Source: a virus (lineage: Duplodnaviria; Caudoviricetes). Taken from it: a DNA stretch of 27,305 bases. The notes below the pieces were generated by a model. The model was not told where the DNA came from. It made no database searches and worked only from the letters and a program-made list of their open reading frames with translations. The translations under genes were made by a program, and so were the position numbers. The stretch spans positions 1-27,305 of the IMG/VR virus record IMGVR_UViG_3300048611_000143; one strand, written 5' to 3'. Positions 9,701-18,700 of the stretch are shown piece after piece; positions within the stretch are counted from its first letter, which is position 1; each line of letters starts with the position of its first letter.

Positions 9701-12700
9701 GCCCAATTGCCATGAATTCATGAGGGGCTGCAGCTCCTGATTCAAAGATATGAGAGTACCTCTGTCGAGCTAGTTTCTCATCAAGAGCAGGATCAGTTGA
9801 AAGTCCTGTTGGCATAAAGGCTTGCCATTCATTCCCTTCACCATAGTTCTTAGTAAGAGCAGTTTGAACACGCTCAATTAATTTTGCTACACCTTTAGAG
9901 ATACTAGGATTACCTGAAACAATATGTTCTCTTCCCTCTGCATCTTTATAGGTGTAGCCAATCGCCTGAGCAAAGATAGGATGCAGTATTTCATGTAAAG
10001 CCACTTCTTGCAGAGATTGCTCAACAGGAGAATTGTAGAAGTTTTGGGAAGTAGCCTCTAGGAAGATGGCTGATCTCTCTGGATCGTTAATCCATTTGCC
10101 TAGGTTACGACGACCTTCTGGGTTTTCCAACATTCTAAGTACAATTTCATTAATACTATTCAATCCAGGCTGAATGAACTGTTCTAGAATGCGATCAAAA
10201 AAGATTTGAGTAGTTCTATCAACTGGAGTTTTCTCAAGAGCTTTAATTTTATCAAAGAGCTCAAGAATTGTGTCTCCATTGAGAAGTTCAGGGTGGGCTC
10301 TATCAAGACCAGAAACAGTTGTATCCTCTCCAGAAGAGTAGAATACATTGTTACCAGACTTATCCTGCAGAGATCGAGCCAAGGCATTCATAAAAACCAT
10401 AAGGCGCTTGTTAAAGAAGAATGATTTTGATCCATCCTTGTTGTCATTAAGAGTAGCATTTAGATACGCTGTATATTCAGTTACTTCTGCAACTTCTATC
10501 TCTTCCTTGTTAAGATTAGGATCCTTACGGATATTTCTAATGGTCTCGGCTATACGCCGTGATTGAGGAGAGCCTTCCTTGGCTTTCCTTTGCTCACGTA
10601 CCCATCCTCGGGCTTCCTTGAGCAGCTCCTTAAAAGTGTCTGATCCAGCAGCCTGTAGTGCTTCTAATTGTCGTGTATTTGCTGCGTGGATAATCTCATG
10701 AAGAATAGCTTCAACAGGATTTTCTGCGTTCTCGTTGATGAAAATATATCCCTGGTTTGGGCTGTAACGACCAGAATCTTCACCCATTACTACAGAGCTT
10801 CCCAAACGAATATATATCTGACGATCCTGACCTGTCTTTGGATCAGACTGCGACAACATGGGACGCAGCAAAGAAATGAGATCTCGGAAATTGTCGAGAT
10901 GTGTATCATTAATAAAGTCATCTTGAAATACTGCAAACAGTACATCTAGCATGTCCTGTGCTCCAGGAGCATGACCACGACCTTTTGGAGCCATCCATTC
11001 ATTAAGAGCGGCTTGAATATTTCCACCAGTTTCTTTTAACTGGGTTAACTGTTTGATCATTTCTGATTTCTTGTTTTCCCAAACGCTTGCTTCTTCTTCA
11101 CGAACGATAATTGCTACGACCTCTTCAATAGTCTCAGCAGAGTTAATCATTGCAGCCTTATTTGGATTCACTGCACCTGTATTTTTTTGAGGAACAGCAT
11201 ATGTTGCCCCTTCTTTAGCAAAGTGATTTACATGATCAATATCATTAAATAAGGTTTTACGGGCTTCATTAGTGTCCTCCACTATTTGCTCAAATTTTCC
11301 AAACCAATCTTGGAGAATATTAGATGCTTCATGTACAGGAGTTTCTTTGTCAATACTTCCATACTTCTGTAAATAGAAGAAGAATTCTTTAGCAATTTCT
11401 TTCTTATCTTTAGCAGAAAGACGTGAATCTCCTTCTTCAAGCAGAGGGCGCATTCGATTTAAGGAATTAAGTACCTCTTGCGCCAAACTCCAATCTCGAT
11501 GTGTCTCATAGAAGTTACGGCTTCCGTCAGTAGCAATAGCATCAATCTCATTAAAATTGCTAAAGATGCCATCATGTACTCCTAATATAGGATGTTTGCC
11601 CATTATAAGACTCATCACCGCACCATCAGAACCATGGATATTGTTTACAAAAGCAGCCACTCCTATATTTGTATCTGGCATATATCCTGTCAGAGAGCCA
11701 ATAAGAGATTCATCAGGCCCTGGTTGTATAGATACAACCTTATCTTCCTTGTTGGTAACAAATCCTTTTGTCTTTAATTGAATGGGGCGCCGGAAGTATG
11801 CACGTCCCTTTCGACCTTCTTGACCCTGTCTTTGCCCAATTATTATTGTACCTTCGGAAGTAACTTCAATAGAATCCAGTTGATCTTTAGAAAGAGGGCT
11901 TCTAATTAGAGGTACCAAGCCCTGCTTAATCATTCGATTTAAAACGACTTTTCGTTCACGAGCACTAAGATCTCGACGATAAATGCGTTCTTGTCGATCC
12001 ACTGCTGCTTTAAAATTAGTAACGAAGAGTTCATTCATCAAATAAACTGCTTCATTCAAACGTTGCCTTATTTCTAAAATAGGTCCAATTTTATTTTCCA
12101 AAGCACGCTGTAATGCATGCCCATATATGGCGTCATGAGCGTTACGAAAGTCTTCTTCTAAATAGGGCTCCATAGTCCATTCTAGGGCCCATTTTTTGAC
12201 ATCTTTCTTTTCTAGCCTTTTGAGCCAAATATCTCGAACTTTAGTGTAATCCCGATCATTTTTATTGTTAGCTCCGTCAATTACCTTTTGAAAACGAACC
12301 ATGAAAGTTGCAGCTTCTTCTGCTGTTTCTATGGTCTGCATTTCTTTCCAAAAATCTACTATTGCTTGATCAAGTATACCTCTACGAATACTACCAAAAC
12401 CTGCACTATACCCAACCATTATCAAAGGTGTCTTGCTTAATGCACGAGTCAACTTAATAAATTGTGCGCTATGAATTAATTGAATTGCACGTTTATTCTT
12501 TTGAATAGGCGTAAGAATTTGAGCAACTTGAAGGGGAGGTGGACTTTGTAAAGGAGGAATGTTTCCATTTCGCAAAGAACGCACTGTACTATGCGTGTCC
12601 ATTACAACACTTTCATAGTTATCCATATTATCCTCAGTTTGAGCAAACCCAGGATAATCAGTAAATTCATCATCAGTGAAATATACACCAGTTGCTCGTA

Positions 12701-15700
12701 ACAATTGCTTTACCAGTTTCAGCTTAACTGGATCTTTTGGAGGAATTTGCAAAAGTATAGAGGCAAGACCATTATTTTTTCCATCTGCTTCCATAGGTAA
12801 GTGAAGAGTTATGGACTTCTTTTTAGGATCTTCTTTGGCTAGCTCAAGATCAGCATATGCTTTTAAAGCAACAAGCCCATGTACTTTTTCTCCAGATTCT
12901 AGGAGAGATCTATCTTGATCGTTTGAATTGGAGCTTTTAACTATAACGGAACCAATTTGAGTTGCTTCTTCAGCAGTGTATTGCCGATCTTGTTTTAGCA
13001 AATCAATGACATCACGTATAGCTTCCTGTTGAAGAATCTCTCGAGTTTCATCAAGTATTTGCTGTCTTGTACGATTACTTGTGTTTATACCTAATCCAAG
13101 GCCTATTGCAATTAAGAAGTTTTCTTCAGCAATCTTATTTTCACCGCGGGGATTTTGAGCAGCAGATAGAGTAACTCCCCATTCATCTATACCCAACATA
13201 GCGCGATGTAGCTTGTCTGCCTTAGGATCCAGTGTATTGGAATCATTATAAAATCTTCCAGATCGAATCATTTTCTGAGCAAAATAAAAAGACTTATTAC
13301 CATTTTCTGCTATCCATTCCCGAAGCATTTGTAAACTTCGGGAATTAGCCATATTTTTACTTTCAACAGAGTCTCTTAAATTGACTTGAACACCTGAAGG
13401 ATCATGGGATTCCATGAAATTTGTTTCAAAATCAGTATCAGTAAATCTATCAAGTAAAGCTATTGCTCCCTTTATTGGTCCCCATTTATGCTTAGAATTT
13501 TCTTCCATACTTTTTCTTTGAGTTGCAGGGATTCTGGTATTGCCTCTAGCTTTCATAATTGGTGCTTTAGGCGGTTCAAATACTGGACCATGGATATATG
13601 GAACAGCTGAGAAGACTTTGCCAAGAATACGTCGGGCTGCATTAAAGGCTTGACGAGTCCTTTCATTATCAGACGATTCTTTATAACGAGAGAGCCCAGT
13701 CTCACCTTCAGTTGTAAGATGAACAAGATTGAAATTTTGATCATTATTAACTGGAGTATTCTCATTTTGTAGAGCTACTCGAGCTTGTGCAGAAACAGGA
13801 ACAATCTGGATATAGTTCATCTCGGCTAAGGTAGCCAAAGCCATTGTTCCTAGGGAAGTCTGCAGTTCATCGAGAAATATTGGATCAATATCTTTACCAC
13901 TAAAGCTCAAATTCGCCTGTGAGAGTATTCTTTGCCCTATAGAGCTCACTACATTGGACATAAGAGTGCCATTACCATAGACCAATCGGTCAATATCGCT
14001 TACATAAGAACCTTTTGGTCGTCCAATTAGTTCGTTAATAACATCATCTGAATTATTTAGCGTAGATGCACCAGCGGTTGTCATCCATTGAGCAGCTTCC
14101 ATAGCCATGATTGATGCAAGATTTTCATCTAACTTACCTGTTTCAGCGTCATACAGATACTGTAGCGCGTATTCATGCAGTCGATTAGTGATTGCAGCAG
14201 CCTTCTTGCCTAATTTGCTTCTACGGAAAGGCGTATTCTTATGTTCTATATCGTTTAATAGACCTAGCATTATTCCTTTATCATCACTTTGTAATGCATA
14301 GATAAAGGAATTAACAAAATCAATAACACCGTTAAGTCCTTGTTCTTCACGCGCATTAGCACCTGTTCTATTAATGAATGCACGTCTAGTTTGTACGTTG
14401 GACAACAGACTAATAGCATTAGGAACTGCTGCTAATAGATTTTTAGTCTCTTGAGCACGTAAACGGAGTGCTTTACGGATGTTAGAGGGTAGTCCTACAG
14501 TCTTTAACTTCTCTTTTACAGCATTACGTACTTTTTCTAGCCTTTCATCAGTCCATTCCGCTACAAGAGTGAAGTCCCCCACCATAGGACCGAGTAAGCG
14601 TACTGCTGTATCAGACAGTAGATCAATAGCAGGCTGGAAACCGTCCATTATTGTTGATTTAACTTTGTTTCCCTTACTTAGTTCCTCTGCTGTATCGACT
14701 AGAACCTTTGCTTCAGCAGAAGCTGGTTCTGGTGCTGGAGAGTCAAAAACATTGTTTTCATACTTCTCTTCAAATTGACTCAGTAAAATCTCTGCTGCCT
14801 GAATAGCTGTCTTTCCATCTTCCATCAGAGCTCTTACTCGAGCAGTCAAAGGGCCTGAGCTAAGATTTATTTGGCTGGGTTTGGTAAAGACATTTCCATC
14901 AGCACGTAGACGTTCCAATTCATATACGTTCCTACGGGCATTCTCCAGGGCTGTGCCCTCAAGAACCTTCTTAGGAGTATCTTCGTCAGGGGTAGACTCT
15001 TCCGTGGCCTCCTGAGGGCTCTGAGAGCCTTCTGGGGGTAGTATAGTGAAAGGGAGAGCATCTGCTTCATCTTCTGGAGTATTTTCTTCCTGTAAAGGAG
15101 CTGTTTCCTCGATCTCAGATTCACGCTCAGAACTTCTAAGTGCTTCCACGCTATCTCGCATTGTGGTTAGCACTAAGATGACTTCATCATCAGTTAGAGA
15201 ACGCTTGCCTGGTAAAGAACGTAAGATCTTCCGAGCTAGTATTAGATAATCCTCAATCAGTTTACCTAGCTCTTTTCCGAATATAGGCGGAATGTTTATT
15301 TTGTAACGCTTGGCTACTTCACCTAATTTCTTTAAGTGAAGGCCTGTAGCCAACTCAACCAAGGCTTCTTCAACATGAATGATTGGACGGAAAGTTTCTT
15401 TACGTCTGGCTGCAATAGCACGAGCAAGTTTATTTATTGTCTCGTTTTGATATGCCCGCTTGAGAAGCTCAGTCTTCTCTTCTGCAAATGCATGATGCAA
15501 GCCAGCATGATAGAGCTCATGAGCTACTACCCATACCATAAGAGGTACTGATGCCTTTTCTAAGGCGTCTAGGTAAAGAACAACCTTTTTCTCTTTTGGC
15601 TTATAGCGAGCATATTCAAGGATACCTTCTGCAGTGGTTCTGTCAGAAGTACCTTCAAATTCAATAAGAGAGGAGAATTGTTTGAAACGTTTTTCAAGGA

Positions 15701-18700
15701 AATCTTTAATTTTAGTTTGTCGAGGATTGAGTTTCTGTTTCTCCGGTGCCGAGTCATTAGATTGAGTATCAGTAGAGATTTCAAGACTTGCACGAACATC
15801 CATAAGAATACGTGGAAATTCCTTAGCCCATATTCCTCTGTCTTGCGTATGTGTGATTTGTGCATTACCAGTAGCAAGCAAAGCTTTGGCTGCTGAAGGA
15901 TTTGCTTCAAAGGATTTTTTGACAAGATGTTCCATTAACCGGATATTCCAGTTATTGGCTGTTCTAGCTCTCTTTGATCCTACAATCTTGCCTCGTGTAG
16001 AGGCTGTATATTTATTATAAGTAGCCTGATCAAATTCACCTGACTTCCAAGTTTGATAAGCATGTTCTACAGAGAAAAATTCTTTCCCGCGAAAAGAAAA
16101 GGGACGTTTAGCTAAATTACTTAAAGAAGCATTTTCATTGCTACCTGCCCACACATTTACCGGTGCCGAGTCTTCGGACTCCGTGGCCTCCCGCCCTGCG
16201 TCACTCGCTTCGCTCGTTCCTTGGGCTTCGGCCCCGTCGTCCTCGACTACCCGACCTGGCGAACGGCCAGGTCGTGAAGCGGCACCTGTTGATTCAGTTT
16301 CGTCAGTAGTTTTAGCTGACGTATCTTCTTTTAAGAATTCTGCGGGTATATCTAATTCTCCATTAAGTACACCCTCAAAAAATTGTAAATCTACTTCAGT
16401 AATATCTGTATTTTTCAGTGTTTCTCTCATAAGATTAGCGAGAGCATTAAAATCTGCTATTTCTTCATATGTATATCCACGACGATCAGAAAATTCCTCT
16501 CCCATTCGAGGCTTACCTTCAGACTCTAATTGATCCATTAATTCTAGTGCTGTAAATTTTTGACCTGTTACAGGATCTACTGTACGTTCATTAGTGTTCT
16601 TTTCAGCTTTAGTTACTTTCTTCATTAAAGAAATTAATTTTTCTGAATTTTTTATACCTAAAGACTTAGCTAAACGAATAATAGCTGCATCTCTATTATT
16701 TTGTTTTTTATTACTCTTACCGGCGTTAGTTTCAGTATCAGAAGGGGAAGAAGCTTCATCATCCAATACATCTTCTATGATCTTACGAGAAAGAAAATAT
16801 TCAACGTTTTTACCATCGAAGGAAACTGTACCATCCCGATATTCAACTAATTCCTCAAGGGTGTCATCATTGCGACTTTTATTAATTTCATTTTGTGCAA
16901 GCACATACTCAGTAATAGCGGAGTCAGGTATATCTTTCTCTATTTCTAAAGCTAAGGCTGCAATGTTATCTTCAATCTCTTGCATGAGATTACCACTCTC
17001 ACTCGATGCTAGATTAATACCAGTATTTAAAGCACCGCGAACGTCATTCAGTAATTTAGTTATTTTGTCAATATCTTTACCAGTAACAATAGGCTTAGAT
17101 AAGGCTTCCTTTAATTGCTTTATTTTGCTTGCATAAAGCACGTTTGACCAATGCTTCTTAAGAAGATCAGTAGCCGCAAAGCGTACATCGTCTACAGCAC
17201 TTTCCACCTTAGTTAGTAAGCCAACAATTTTCTGGGTGGGACCGGCGTTTGCCTCGGAATCTCCACCAGACTTCGGAGCTTTCGACGGCTCGCTCGCTTT
17301 GCGAGCAGCCGTCTCAGCATCCTCCGTCTCGGGGAGATTCCTCGTCTTGCCGCCTTCGGCGGAAACGCCGGGGATAGGGGGTTGGTTAAACTGTTCCCCT
17401 TCCTGTTCAACCTGAGACTGTTGTTCCTTTATTGGCTTTGATTTTTCGTTCCAGGCAACTGCCTGCTTAGCCAGAGCTTCTCTGACTGCATGCATCTTTT
17501 GCAGCTCATTACTGATTGTTTTTGCAAGGCCGGGAGTTCCAGTCAGTTCACCGCGGAACTCCAGTGCTTCCTTACTATGAGGTATCCAACGTATGGTTGT
17601 ACCAAATTGTTTGTTAACTTCAGAGACTGTTTTAGATACTGCCTCTCCTTTATTAACAATTCTTCGATACATTTCTCGGATAGCTTCAAGCTTATTTGCT
17701 GAGCTAGCAATGAAATTACCTAAATCACGGTCTGCTTCAATGTATCCTTGCTCATCTTCCTGTTCGATAGTTTCCTGGATACGTATAGCATGTCCTTCAA
17801 GACCTGGACCATTAGGGCCCATTCCTGCTCCCATCTTTTCTTCGAACACTTGAGATGCAGTTTTTCCCTGTTGAGGGGAATTTTCACTCTCTGCAGTGCT
17901 TGAGTCAGCAGCAGCAGAAGAAGCTTCTTTTAATGCGTCCTTTACAACATCTTGTGCAGAGAAGAATTTTCCTAGAGCTTTATCAATTTCTTTCTGTTCT
18001 AAACTGCCATACTTCTTAGCCATAGAAATGATTTGTTTCATTTTTGTACTTTTTTCAATCTTTTCTACAGGAATTGTTTTAAGAATTTCTCGGGCTTGAA
18101 CTGTTGCCTCTTGTCCGACTCGATCACGAGCTGCGTCTACTTGCTGACCCAGTTCTTTTTTACGTTCGTTAGAAATGTTTGGATCATTCTCTACAACACT
18201 AGCAAATTGTTGAATATGGTTAATTAAGATTGGGCTATCAGGATTAGTTCCATCCACTGCTTCTAAAGCTTCAACAAGTAACTTTTCTACAGATTCTCCT
18301 TTATCTCTTGCTGCAGTTACTGCAACTCGGGCTTTTAGAACTGAACCACCAGGGGTTCCTTCATTGTCTGTAATGGGAGATCTGAGCTTCTTTTCATCTA
18401 AGCCAGAGGTATTCTTTAAAGCATTAGCTACTCCTTTACCACTAGCGAATATTCCACGGGCTACCGTACCTGCTCCACCAGCAGCAGCACCTGAAACAAA
18501 ACCTACTACTGCACCTTCACCTGTAGCTGCACCAATACCTGGGCCTACTTCACCAAGTCCTGTGGCATTGAATTGAGCCAATTGAGAGATAAATTCTCCG
18601 CCACCCGATTGAACTGACTCTTCAAGCATTTCTCGAGTACCGGGCCCAGTGAAGGAACCCACAGCTCTTCCTGTAGCTTGTCCATAGTGGAGTAAAAGAT

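Noticed and set aside
16162-17371. tRNA or CRISPR interpretation of the GC-rich hairpin elements
   Set aside because: No T-loop (GTTCRA) or D-loop consensus, wrong size, and no regularly spaced repeat-spacer array
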